From an uncultured Candidatus Saccharibacteria bacterium (GTDB taxonomy: Bacteria; Patescibacteriota; Minisyncoccia; Phycocordibacterales; UBA9973), in NCBI GenBank assembly GCA_964356285.1, contig CAYHGI010000001.1, positions 1 through 60,568 on the forward strand: a DNA stretch of 60,568 nucleotides, written 5' to 3'. Below the pieces are notes generated by a model. The model was not told the DNA's origin. It did no database searches and worked only from the letters and a program-made list of their open reading frames with translations. Below, in pieces: positions 46,351 to 55,169 of this stretch; position 1 is the first letter of the stretch; the number at the start of each line of letters is the position of its first letter. The position numbers were made by a program, and so were the translations under genes.

Positions 46351-46373
46351 GTTTTTTAACCCCCGGTTTATAT

Positions 46374-46754
46374 TTATTTGAACCATTCTTTAATAGACTT
46401 CGGCCACCCAATTATTAAAAGCAAGGCTAAAGGAGCTCCCCAGTTAGCCCATCTTTCAACGAAATCCCAAATCGGCATACCGACAATCGGTCTCAAGAGC
46501 GCGGTCCAAAATCCCCAGAATACCATCCAGAGAAGCGCCAGACGCACCGGTTTAATCAGAATAAGGATAGCCAAGACAATATCTATGACCCCAATAATAA
46601 ATAGCCATTGAGTTGCGGTTGCCGGGTCAGATACGCCAAATTGAGCAAACCAACCAATCCAATCTTTTTTGCCCTGTACGGCAAGTACTCCGTGGCCGAT
46701 AAATTCGCCAGCCACAGAAATTCTCAAGACCCATTCGATAAGTTTTGTATTCAT
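46374..46754 (-). CDS. DoxX-like membrane protein
   Basis: Four hydrophobic segments (RISVAGEFIGHGVLA...). The start is set at MNTKLIEW so it does not overlap the small ORF upstream. Confidence 0.4.
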   Translation of the reverse strand: MNTKLIEWVLRISVAGEFIGHGVLAVQGKKDWIGWFAQFGVSDPATATQWLFIIGVIDIVLAILILIKPVRLALLWMVFWGFWTALLRPIVGMPIWDFVERWANWGAPLALLLIIGWPKSIKEWFK

Positions 46755-46770
46755 AATTTTATTATACCAC

Positions 46771-46896
46771 CTATTTATTAATTTGTTTGAAAAGCCAAAT
46801 ACCCAAAAGAATAAGATCAATCAACACTATGGTCCCCAAAATCACACTCCAACCTCCTCCCATCATCCCACTATAACCATATCCATATCCCATCAT
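46771..46896 (-). CDS. 41-aa Gly/Met/Tyr-rich single-TM peptide (not in ORF track)
   Basis: My translation is MMGYGYGYSGMMGGGWSVILGTIVLIDLILLGIWLFKQINK, ending at a stop codon. Confidence 0.45.
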   Translation of the reverse strand: MMGYGYGYSGMMGGGWSVILGTIVLIDLILLGIWLFKQINK

Positions 46897-46946
46897 GTAA
46901 TTTTTTTGATTACCTCTTGATAATTCTCGACAGACTCATTTTAACA

Positions 46947-47150
46947 TTATTGGTTTTTGTTATCAATACGAAACGCTGTATGAAGCCAGCAATAACCCCA
47001 AAAGCTCTCAACCAAGGCAATCCAGCCGATAACCACCAAAATCATATTCGTGGAGCTCGCTTCAAAAGTGGGCGCAAACGGCCCGAGCAGCCAAAAAGCC
47101 AAAGCAAAACGAAAAATCCTGTCCAAATTTCCCAAATTTTGATGTGCCAT
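46947..47150 (-). CDS. DUF2892 (YgaP-like) small membrane protein
   Basis: NLGNLDRIFRFALAF...GYCWLHTAF fits the DUF2892 pattern. Confidence 0.65.
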   Translation of the reverse strand: MAHQNLGNLDRIFRFALAFWLLGPFAPTFEASSTNMILVVIGWIALVESFWGYCWLHTAFRIDNKNQ

Positions 47151-47183
47151 AAAATTTTTTAAATTAATTAATAATCTCGACCT

Positions 47184-49532
47184 TTACAATTTCTTTGCCT
47201 TGATTCTTAAAGAGTTCGAAACTACCGATACTGAAGACATCGCCATGGCAAATCCGGCAAAGATCGGTGAAAGAAGCCAGCCAAAGATCGGATAAAATAA
47301 TCCAGTTGCCAGCGGAATACCCACTATATTATATATGAAAGCCCAAAAAAGATTCTGCTTAATGCCCCGCATTGTCATTTTTGAAAGTTTTATCGCTTTC
47401 ACCAATTTTGAAATATCTCCGTGTAAAAGCGTAATTCCGGCGGATTCGATGGCAACATCGGTGCCGGTCGCCATGGCGATGCCCACGTCCGCTTGCGCCA
47501 AGGCCGGCGCGTCGTTGACTCCATCTCCCGCCATCGCCACGATACGCCCTTCTATTTGCAGTTCTTTTATTTTATTTAGTTTATCTTCCGGCATTACTTC
47601 GGCAATCACTTCATCAATGCCGACTAATTTTGCAATATACTCAGCCGTATTTTTATTGTCCCCTGTCAGCATAACCATTTTAATGCCAAGCTTGTGAAGA
47701 TTTCTGACCGCTTCAATCGCTTCGGGTTTAATGGCATCAGCGATCATAACGATGCCGAATACTGCATTTTTATCTGCAAGGATAACTGGAGTTTTGCCTT
47801 CTAGGGTTTCTTTTTGGAGCACCGCTTTATCAAATTTTAAATTAAGATCTTTTATAAGTTTAATATTGCCGGCGAAATATTCTTTTCCATCAATTGTTCC
47901 TTTCAACCCTTGACCTTTGATTATCGCGAAATCTTGCGCCTCGGTAATTTGTATTTTATTTTGTTTAGCATATTCGATAACCGCATGAGCAATCGGGTGT
48001 TCTGATTTATTTTCTAATGTTGCCAGTATTGAAATAAAGTCCTCGTCATTTTTTTGCGAGTAATTTTTAATGCTGACAAGTTCTGGTTTGCCTTTCGTTA
48101 TTGTTCCCGTCTTGTCAGCCACTATTATATTCACCTTGTGCAGTTTCTCAAGCGTGGCCGCGTCTTTAATCAAAATGCCTTCTTTCGCCCCCTTGCCCAC
48201 ACCTACGATAATCGCGGTCGGCGTCGCGAGTCCTAAAGCGCATGGACAAGCAATAACAAGGACGCCTACAAATGACACAAGTCCAAAGGAAAGCGCTTGG
48301 GAAAAACCGAGGTATGACGTTCCGACAATAAGCCAGAGCGCTAAGGAAACAATAGATATGTCTAAAACAATAGGCACAAAAACACTCGAAATTTTATCAG
48401 CTAAAGCCTGAATGGGCGCCTTACTACTTTGCGCTTCTTCCACCATTTTGATTATATGGGCAAGCAATGTTTCCGAGCCGACTTTTGTAGCTTTGAATGT
48501 GAATGACCCGCTGGTGTTTATTGTAGCGGCAATCACGTTGTCCCCTACTTTTTTTTGAGTCGGCATAGGCTCGCCGGTCACCATCGATTCATCTACAAAA
48601 GAAGAACCTTCCGTGATTAATCCATCGACAGGAATCTTCGCCCCCGGTTTTACAATCACAAAATCTCCATGTTTGACATCGTTGACTGAAATTTCTATTT
48701 CTTTTCCGCCTGCCCCGTAGGAAGCTGGCTTTCCTTCGGGGTCTCGGATGACCAAGGCAGTCTTAGCTTGGAGATTTAAAAGTTTTTCGATAGCATCGCC
48801 GGTTTTTAATTTTGATTTAGCTTCCAAATATTTGCCAAGCGCGATAAAAGTGATAACAATTATTGTGATATCATAATAAGTGGCTTCCACATTTATAAAC
48901 GACCGAAGTGGTTCTTCGAGCGCGGTAATCGCGAAGCTGTATAAATAAGCGGCTACGGTGCCGATGCCGATAAGTGTATCCATATTCGCTTTACCGTAAC
49001 GAAGAAAACGAAAAAAACCCAAAAGATACGGTTTGCCCACCACGAACAAAACATACGTAGCCATTAGGGGCAGAAGATGATGAAAAAATTCTTTGGCCGT
49101 ATAGCTCATTGCGGACACAACATTGTATTGCGCTAAAATGTCCCAACTTAAAATAAGAGAACTGATTATGGCAAGCGGAATGGCCGAAATTACTTTGATT
49201 TTCATATCTCTTATCTCAACCAGCTTTTCAGTTTTTGACTGGCCGAGCCCCAGATGCGCTTTATGTTCATCCTCGGTCATGTCCATCCCGCTTGCGCTGA
49301 GCATAGTCGAAGTGTTTGCCGCAGGTATGATAAGCGAATAACCAAGCGGTTCAATTTTTTTGGAAAGAGATTCTGGATTAATCTTTGTTTCATCAAAATT
49401 TATTTTTACCGATTCATTCCCGTAATTTGCTTCCACGGTATTAACTCCATCGATTTTTTTGAAAGTTCTCTCAATTATCCCCGTGCAAGAAGCGCAGTGC
49501 ATTCCTTTTATTTTATAAGTTTTATTTTGCAT
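47184..49532 (-). CDS. copA: copper-translocating P1B-type ATPase
   Basis: N-terminal HMA domain GMHCASCTG, the CPC motif ([11 protein letters not shown]), DKTGTIT and GDGVNDAP. Confidence 0.95.
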   Translation of the reverse strand: MQNKTYKIKGMHCASCTGIIERTFKKIDGVNTVEANYGNESVKINFDETKINPESLSKKIEPLGYSLIIPAANTSTMLSASGMDMTEDEHKAHLGLGQSKTEKLVEIRDMKIKVISAIPLAIISSLILSWDILAQYNVVSAMSYTAKEFFHHLLPLMATYVLFVVGKPYLLGFFRFLRYGKANMDTLIGIGTVAAYLYSFAITALEEPLRSFINVEATYYDITIIVITFIALGKYLEAKSKLKTGDAIEKLLNLQAKTALVIRDPEGKPASYGAGGKEIEISVNDVKHGDFVIVKPGAKIPVDGLITEGSSFVDESMVTGEPMPTQKKVGDNVIAATINTSGSFTFKATKVGSETLLAHIIKMVEEAQSSKAPIQALADKISSVFVPIVLDISIVSLALWLIVGTSYLGFSQALSFGLVSFVGVLVIACPCALGLATPTAIIVGVGKGAKEGILIKDAATLEKLHKVNIIVADKTGTITKGKPELVSIKNYSQKNDEDFISILATLENKSEHPIAHAVIEYAKQNKIQITEAQDFAIIKGQGLKGTIDGKEYFAGNIKLIKDLNLKFDKAVLQKETLEGKTPVILADKNAVFGIVMIADAIKPEAIEAVRNLHKLGIKMVMLTGDNKNTAEYIAKLVGIDEVIAEVMPEDKLNKIKELQIEGRIVAMAGDGVNDAPALAQADVGIAMATGTDVAIESAGITLLHGDISKLVKAIKLSKMTMRGIKQNLFWAFIYNIVGIPLATGLFYPIFGWLLSPIFAGFAMAMSSVSVVSNSLRIKAKKL
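48708..48741. repeat. family-2 34-nt palindromic element inside copA
   Basis: gcctgccccgtaggaagctggctttccttcgggg; translated as [11 protein letters not shown] between VIRD and GKEIEI. Confidence 0.8.
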
Positions 49533-49582
49533 ATTAGTAGTTTTTTGTCTCTCTTTTTTTCATAATCTACATCTGCACACAG

Positions 49583-49653
49583 CTGGGGGACTTGGATTCG
49601 AACCAAAATTAAGGGCTTCAAAGGCCCCGGTCCTACCATTAGACGATCCCCCA
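49583..49653 (-). tRNA. tRNA-Gln (anticodon UUG)
   Basis: Hand fold of the minus strand: acceptor TGGGGGA/TCCCCCA, D arm GTCT..GGAC, anticodon stem GGGGC/GCCCT with loop CTTTGAA, and T arm TTTGG-TTCGAAT-CCAAG. No CCA is encoded. Confidence 0.85.
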
Positions 49654-49697
49654 GCTCTATGCACATATTTCTCTTTCAATAACTTTACTAATTGTTA

Positions 49698-50738
49698 TTA
49701 CTTATCCTGCCCCAAAATCTTCACCAAAGCAAGTTCTAAAGGCAATTCGGCGATAAAAGCATTGTCTATATTTTGATAAGCTTCAAGCAAGGTTGTTAAA
49801 GCCTGAGAACGGAGCATGCCCGTTTTACCTTCTTTTATTACTGTTTGCAAGAATTCTAAATCTTCTTCGCTTAAATCCCCTTTCATTTCTTCTTTTAATT
49901 TTGGCGCGTAACGCAAAATTATGGCCATCCGGAATTTTTCTATAATTAATTTCAAGTATAACTTCATGTCCAAATTTTCCGAAGACGCGTTTCGAACGGC
50001 AGTAATTCCCTTTTCCAAATTTTTTTCCGCAATAGCGGAGATAAAATTATTCACTAGGATTGTTTTTGGCGCGCCGGTTATTTTTTCTACTTCTTCTTTA
50101 TTGATTTTTTTGCTCTTGGCAAAGTTTAGGACTTTCTGTAGTTCCCCTTGGGCATCTCGAAACGATCCATCCCCTAAAATAGCCAAAAGTTCTGCAGAAC
50201 CTACATCCAAATCAAAACCTTCTTTCTTCGCTATTTCAATCAACATTTTTTTGGATACGGTATCTGAAGCTTTTTTGAAAGTGAAAACCTGACAGCGGGA
50301 AATGATTGTTTCCGGCACTTTGTGAAATTCAGTCGTGGCTAAAATAAAAATGACATGTTTCGGCGGTTCTTCCAGAGTTTTCAGCAAAGCGCCCCAAGCG
50401 TCTTTGGAAAGCATATGCACTTCGTCTATAATGTAAACCTTGTATTTTGAATCAAAAGGCAACACCCGCGCGCCTTCGCGAAGCTCTTTGATATCTTCAA
50501 TGCCCCTGTTTGAAGCGGCATCTATTTCATACATATCATTTGCAGACACGCCGATATTCGCTGCAAAAATTCTAGCGACAGAAGTTTTGCCTGTTCCGCG
50601 AGAGCCGACAAAAAGATATGCGTGAGAGACTTTATTCGTCTGCACGGAACTTTCTAATACCTTGACAATATGATCCTGTCCTAAGACTTCCTTGAAGCTT
50701 TTAGGCCTGTATTTGCGATATAGAGCCAAATCATGCAT
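49698..50738 (-). CDS. dnaX: DNA polymerase III gamma/tau subunit (short form)
   Basis: YRKYRPKSFKEVLGQDHI, GSRGTGKTS and SRCQVF motifs. Confidence 0.9.
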   Translation of the reverse strand: MHDLALYRKYRPKSFKEVLGQDHIVKVLESSVQTNKVSHAYLFVGSRGTGKTSVARIFAANIGVSANDMYEIDAASNRGIEDIKELREGARVLPFDSKYKVYIIDEVHMLSKDAWGALLKTLEEPPKHVIFILATTEFHKVPETIISRCQVFTFKKASDTVSKKMLIEIAKKEGFDLDVGSAELLAILGDGSFRDAQGELQKVLNFAKSKKINKEEVEKITGAPKTILVNNFISAIAEKNLEKGITAVRNASSENLDMKLYLKLIIEKFRMAIILRYAPKLKEEMKGDLSEEDLEFLQTVIKEGKTGMLRSQALTTLLEAYQNIDNAFIAELPLELALVKILGQDK

Positions 50739-50819
50739 AGACTTGATTATATCAATAAAAGAAATGAAAAAGCCAGTTTGTCTACTATCTTTTACATATG
50801 TTTGAGATAGTAGACATTT

Positions 50820-50895
50820 AAAAAGCCAGCCCCTTTCGGTGTGCTGGCTAGTATGAATTAATCAGTAACTCACAACTTGCTCGGAATACAAGCGT
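50820..50895 (-). other. conserved 3' module (hairpin, AU-rich linker, terminator), copy A
   Basis: On the minus strand: gcttg-tattc-cgagc, then aagttgtgagttactgattaattcatactag, then gccagc-acaccgaaaggg-gctggc and ttttt. It is homologous to 59862-59951. Confidence 0.55.
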
Positions 50896-50941
50896 AGACT
50901 ATTAAGGACGGTCCTTGCTAGTTATACACGGACCGGCGTGA

Positions 50942-51814
50942 TCACTTCATGAGAGCTTCTAGTTGGGTCAAGAGCGCTTCGGCGCTTTGGATCTTCTTGA
51001 GCTTATCTTCGAGCTCAAGTAAGACAACTTTCTGGAGCGTGATCTGCTCCTCTATCGCCGGCTTCTCGGCGACGAGACGCTGAGCCCGCACGAGCGGGTC
51101 CGTCGACTCTATTGGTGGCTCCTCGCCAACGTGGCCGAGGAGCTTTTCTGTTGCGCGGTACTGGCCTGCGTTAGTCGCCCCTTCTGTGACAACTGCTTCG
51201 AGCCACCCCTCGGTCACCATCATTGAGTTGGTGGTCGTGATTCCAGCTGTTCGTCGGATTTCTCCGACGACGTTCTTGGAGACAAGCCCGTTCCCACTTT
51301 TCTCGGCCTCAGCCTTGAAAAGTCGTGCGAACTTGTCGATTGGTTGTTGTTCCATTTTTTTCGTTTCCTTTCTTAGGCCCTGATCCAACAGGGCAGTTAA
51401 CATTTCTATTGCAGGAACTACGGAAACAACGGGCGTTGGCGTTTCCACCACATCGCTCAGTGCCACCGTTTTGACGACCAGCGGCGTTACCGCCACTGGG
51501 TGTAGCAAGTCGGAACAAGCTACCAGTAGCCTTTTTATTTCACCATTAGAGAGCACCACAGGGTGGGTCTCACTTCGAACCTTGATTCGTTCAAGGGTCT
51601 TATGGTCAATAAATCTGCTACTGACAACCAGACCGACGTTGTGTCGTAGACTCGAAGGAGCATGGTGATAGAACATCACCCGCCCCTCCTTACTGATTTG
51701 TCTCGTCTTGGGATCGTGATTTGAGTCACGCCAGCCGAGCACAATCAGTGTCTTTCCTTCTGCTAGCACGTTTCGCATGCGTTGCAGAAGTGCCTGTCTT
51801 TGTTCTGTTATCAA
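50942..51814 (-). CDS. hypothetical protein in a GC-rich single-gene island
   Basis: Long ORF of about 50-55% GC by eye. The strong SD GAGGAGG (51823-51829) lies 8 nt upstream of TTG at 51814. I recognise no domain. Confidence 0.6.
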   Translation of the reverse strand: MITEQRQALLQRMRNVLAEGKTLIVLGWRDSNHDPKTRQISKEGRVMFYHHAPSSLRHNVGLVVSSRFIDHKTLERIKVRSETHPVVLSNGEIKRLLVACSDLLHPVAVTPLVVKTVALSDVVETPTPVVSVVPAIEMLTALLDQGLRKETKKMEQQPIDKFARLFKAEAEKSGNGLVSKNVVGEIRRTAGITTTNSMMVTEGWLEAVVTEGATNAGQYRATEKLLGHVGEEPPIESTDPLVRAQRLVAEKPAIEEQITLQKVVLLELEDKLKKIQSAEALLTQLEALMK

Positions 51815-51837
51815 TGTAGGTACCTCCTCAGTTCGAG

Positions 51838-51865
51838 ATAATAACATATTTTTATAAAATGTCAA
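51838..51865 (-). promoter_or_regulatory. sigma70-like promoter of the GC-rich island gene
   Basis: On the minus strand: TTGACA (51865-51860), a 16-nt spacer, then TATTAT (51843-51838). Confidence 0.45.
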
Positions 51866-51876
51866 TATTAAAATTA

Positions 51877-51914
51877 ATTTAGCATTTAATAGCGACCGCT
51901 TCTTATTGCTAAAT
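51877..51914 (-). terminator. hairpin after dus
   Basis: atttagca (51877-84) pairs with tgctaaat (51907-14), with an inner agcg/cgct stem. Confidence 0.35.
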
Positions 51915-51919
51915 ACAAT

Positions 51920-53011
51920 TCAGTTCAATTTGCTCAGAAATTCATTTACTATTTTTTCCACTTGCGAGGCGTTTTCGGTATCCATTAATTTTATACGCAA
52001 CTCTTTGGCGCCGTCGAAACCGTTTATATATGCCTTGAAATGTTTTTTCATCACAGCAAAATTCTTCGCCCCGTTAGAAGTAGGTCGTTTACGACCGTCA
52101 GTTCTAATGGGGTTTGTATCCATTAGCATCTTTTCAAAAAGCTTCGTGTGTTCAACCATGACTCTTAGTTTTTCCGAAATGGACGGAACATACATTTCGC
52201 CCCGAGTATTCTCGAGGGGTTGTCCTTCGACTTCGCTCAGGACATTTTTCTTTGCAAAGAAAAATGGATTGCCGAAAACCCCGCGGCCGATCATTACTCC
52301 GTCACAGCCGTATTGAAGAGCTTTTTCTTCTCCATCTTTCAAACTCGTAACATCGCCGTTGCCAATCAGCAATATTTCTTTTCCGCTTTTCTCTATAAGT
52401 TTTTTTATCTTCTTGATATGTTCCCAATTTGCCGGAACAAGCGATAGTTCTTTAGAAGTGCGCAAATGTATTATCAAAGCGGAAATGTCTTCTTTTAATA
52501 ATTCAGGTATCCAAGCATCAATTTCTTCTTTATTAAAACCGATTCTTGTTTTGACTGATACCGGAATATGCGCTCCGGCGGATTTTATTCCGGCTTGGGC
52601 CGCTTGGATGATTTTTCGCGCGAGTTCCGGTTTTTTAATCAAGCCGGCTCCAGCTCCTTGGCTTACCACGGATCTATCCGGACAGCCCATATTTATATCA
52701 ATGCCATCAAAACCAAGGCTGGCGACATATTGGCAGGCCTTTTTCATATTTTCCGGATTAGCGCCGAAGACTTGCGCCACAATCGGTCTTTCACTTTCCG
52801 AAAATTTCAACATATGCGACAGTTTTTTCCTGCCAAGCTTATCGCACAACCCGTCCGCCGAAACAAATTCTGTCCAGAAAACAATCCTGTCCCTGTTTTC
52901 TCTATTTTTGCCGTATTTTGCCAGCATATGGCGAAAAGCAATGTCTGTGACATCGGACATTGGCGCCAAGCAGAAGATTGGTTTTTTAAGTTTTTTCCAA
53001 AAATTTGGCAT
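51920..53011 (-). CDS. dus: tRNA-dihydrouridine synthase
   Basis: FCLAPMSDVTDIAFR, GIDINMGCP and VMIGRGVFGNPFFF motifs. Confidence 0.85.
   Translation of the reverse strand: MPNFWKKLKKPIFCLAPMSDVTDIAFRHMLAKYGKNRENRDRIVFWTEFVSADGLCDKLGRKKLSHMLKFSESERPIVAQVFGANPENMKKACQYVASLGFDGIDINMGCPDRSVVSQGAGAGLIKKPELARKIIQAAQAGIKSAGAHIPVSVKTRIGFNKEEIDAWIPELLKEDISALIIHLRTSKELSLVPANWEHIKKIKKLIEKSGKEILLIGNGDVTSLKDGEEKALQYGCDGVMIGRGVFGNPFFFAKKNVLSEVEGQPLENTRGEMYVPSISEKLRVMVEHTKLFEKMLMDTNPIRTDGRKRPTSNGAKNFAVMKKHFKAYINGFDGAKELRIKLMDTENASQVEKIVNEFLSKLN
52200..52244. repeat. 45-nt GC-rich double hairpin inside dus
   Basis: ccccgag-tatt-ctcg(a)gggg (52200-52219) plus tgtcct-N12-aggaca (52221-52244); translated as VLSEVEGQPLENTRG. 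Confidence 0.5.
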
Positions 53012-53865
53012 TAACGGAACTTGTAATATACTTTATTCCCATACCGGAGGTCAATGTATTCCAAAGAAGAGTATTTATTTTTTAAATTCGACAAGAGGGG
53101 TTCCGTATCGAGCGCGATCTCTAGATTTTCTGCAACCTTTCGGAAATCAGAGTTAATTTTGAAAATTATGTATGGTTGTTTTGATGTTTTGTTTGAAGAA
53201 AGAAAAATCTTTACTCTTTCATTTTCCAGAATAGATAAAGAAACAGGTTTTAAATCCATGGTTGTTAAAGCATCTTTAAAATAAATTAATTGCTTGAAAT
53301 TTTCTTTAGAGAAATAAGTTCCGATATCAGCGGGGCCATAAAACTTAAAATAAACTTCTCCGGAAAAATATGGCGCTTCATCGAAAATATAGCCGGAATC
53401 ATCTAAGAAATAGCATTTTAACTCCTTTTCACCATTCACTTGAGAATCAGGAATATTATTCCCGCACCATGTATATAAAGCTGTTCGTTCAATTAAAGAT
53501 ATCTCCAGTGTTTTGTAATTTTTTACTGATAAAGTTATGCTTTTAAGCCGCTTAAATTGGAGCGTAAGATCATTTTTTATTTTATTTTGAGGGTAAAAAA
53601 ATATATTTGTTTTGGGAAAAACCCATAAATAATATCCGGTAATTTCTTTTTCTACGGCAATTTTGACAGCTGATGCATCTATTATTTTATTTCCGACTAC
53701 TCTTATTTCACTGATATTTAATTCTTCTGAACGGGAAATATAAGCTAAACTTAGGAAAATAACAGAAAGAGAAATCAGAAATAAGAAAATTTTACTAAAA
53801 ACAATCCTGCGCCTATGTTTTTTTAGCTTCACGAGGCGCGGAGAATTTAAAACATTTCGTTTCAT
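53011..53865 (-). CDS. ftsQ: FtsQ/DivIB-like cell division protein
   Basis: Basic N-terminus, a single TM helix, then the POTRA-like ISEIRVVGNKIIDASAVKIAVEKEI. There is a TAATG overlap with dus. Confidence 0.55.
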   Translation of the reverse strand: MKRNVLNSPRLVKLKKHRRRIVFSKIFLFLISLSVIFLSLAYISRSEELNISEIRVVGNKIIDASAVKIAVEKEITGYYLWVFPKTNIFFYPQNKIKNDLTLQFKRLKSITLSVKNYKTLEISLIERTALYTWCGNNIPDSQVNGEKELKCYFLDDSGYIFDEAPYFSGEVYFKFYGPADIGTYFSKENFKQLIYFKDALTTMDLKPVSLSILENERVKIFLSSNKTSKQPYIIFKINSDFRKVAENLEIALDTEPLLSNLKNKYSSLEYIDLRYGNKVYYKFR

Positions 53866-53867
53866 AA

Positions 53868-55133
53868 CTATTTAATAAATTCTTTTCCTCCCATGTATTT
53901 TTTCAGCACTTCCGGAATTTTGACTGTCCCGTCCGCCTGCTGGTAGTTTTCTACAATAGCTACTAAAATCCTAGGGGTTGCTACCGCTGTGCTGTTGAGC
54001 GAATGAACAAAATGATACTTGCCCCCCGCATCTTTATAACGGATGTTAAATCGTCTTGTCTGGAAATCGTGATAATATGAAGCGCTAGAAACCTCACGGT
54101 ATTGATTTTGTGATGGAATCCAAGCCTCTGTATCATAGCTTTTTACATGAGCAGATTTTAAATTTCCTGCGCAAATTTCTAGTCGGCGGTAAGGAATATT
54201 CAGAGATTCTAAAAATTCTTCATAGTTTCTATTTATTTCTTCATGAAATTTTACCGACTCTTCGTGGCTCGCTTCGCAAAGTATTAGTTGCTCTAATTTA
54301 TAAAATTCTTGCACGCGGATCAGACCTTTTGTATCTTTTGAATGCGCGCCGGCTTCCCTTCTGTAACACGGAGAAAATGCCAAGTAACGTTTCGGCAGTT
54401 CTTCTTTGGCGATAATTTCGTTGCTATGATAGCCCATCATTGGTATCTCAGCTGTACCAGACAGATAATCCCCGTCTTGAGTCTGATAAATATCTTCTGC
54501 TCCTCCTGGTAAATGCCCCGTGCCATACAAATGCTGTTTATGCACAATGGCCGGCGCAATAAAAGTTTTAAAATTTTTTTTCCCGAAAAAATCTCGGGCA
54601 TAATTCCAAATTGCGAAAGAGAGCTCTACTCCGTCGTTTTGTAAAAAATATCCTCTAAAACCATGCACCTTAACCCCTCTTTCAAAATCAACCATTTTAA
54701 GTTTGGTCATTAATTCCACGTGGTCTTTGGGAGCAAAATCAAATTTAGGTTTTTCTCCCCAGATTAAAACTTCCTTGTTATTTTCTTCACCTGCGCCTTC
54801 CGGTACAGACATATCTGGCACATTTGGAACTTGCAACATTAAGCGTTGCCATTCTTCCACAATTTTTTTCAATTTTTCTTCTTTGGCTTTGATCTCATCT
54901 TTCACCACACGCATTTCCTCAATCAGTTGAACCTTATGCGCCGAATCTTGGTCGCGGACTATGTCATTGGAAACTCTATTCACTTCCGCCCGCAGGTCTT
55001 CCACTTCCTTGAGTTCCTTTAAGCGTTCATCATCAACGGCAATCAGCTTTTCAATATCAATCTCTACACGCTTTTTCTTGGCGCCCGCCTGCACGATTTC
55101 TTTATTTTCCCGGATGAATTTTATGTCTAGCAT
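53868..55133 (-). CDS. serS: seryl-tRNA synthetase
   Basis: MLDIKFIRENKE followed by a coiled-coil arm, and class II motifs (FRREAG-like CYRREAG, GTAVATPR). The start is set at the internal Met. Confidence 0.9.
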   Translation of the reverse strand: MLDIKFIRENKEIVQAGAKKKRVEIDIEKLIAVDDERLKELKEVEDLRAEVNRVSNDIVRDQDSAHKVQLIEEMRVVKDEIKAKEEKLKKIVEEWQRLMLQVPNVPDMSVPEGAGEENNKEVLIWGEKPKFDFAPKDHVELMTKLKMVDFERGVKVHGFRGYFLQNDGVELSFAIWNYARDFFGKKNFKTFIAPAIVHKQHLYGTGHLPGGAEDIYQTQDGDYLSGTAEIPMMGYHSNEIIAKEELPKRYLAFSPCYRREAGAHSKDTKGLIRVQEFYKLEQLILCEASHEESVKFHEEINRNYEEFLESLNIPYRRLEICAGNLKSAHVKSYDTEAWIPSQNQYREVSSASYYHDFQTRRFNIRYKDAGGKYHFVHSLNSTAVATPRILVAIVENYQQADGTVKIPEVLKKYMGGKEFIK

Positions 55134-55169
55134 ATATACAGTATATAATAAAACTGATACAATTACAAA

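Noticed and set aside
50739-50941. SRP (4.5S) RNA upstream of dnaX, as in some Firmicutes
   Set aside because: The hairpin cggtcc...ggaccg lacks the GGAA tetraloop and the conserved domain IV sequence.
52359-53156. 265-aa and 148-aa plus-strand ORFs
   Set aside because: They are antisense to dus and the ftsQ 3' end. They look like typical shadow ORFs with Ser/Phe/Ile-rich composition.
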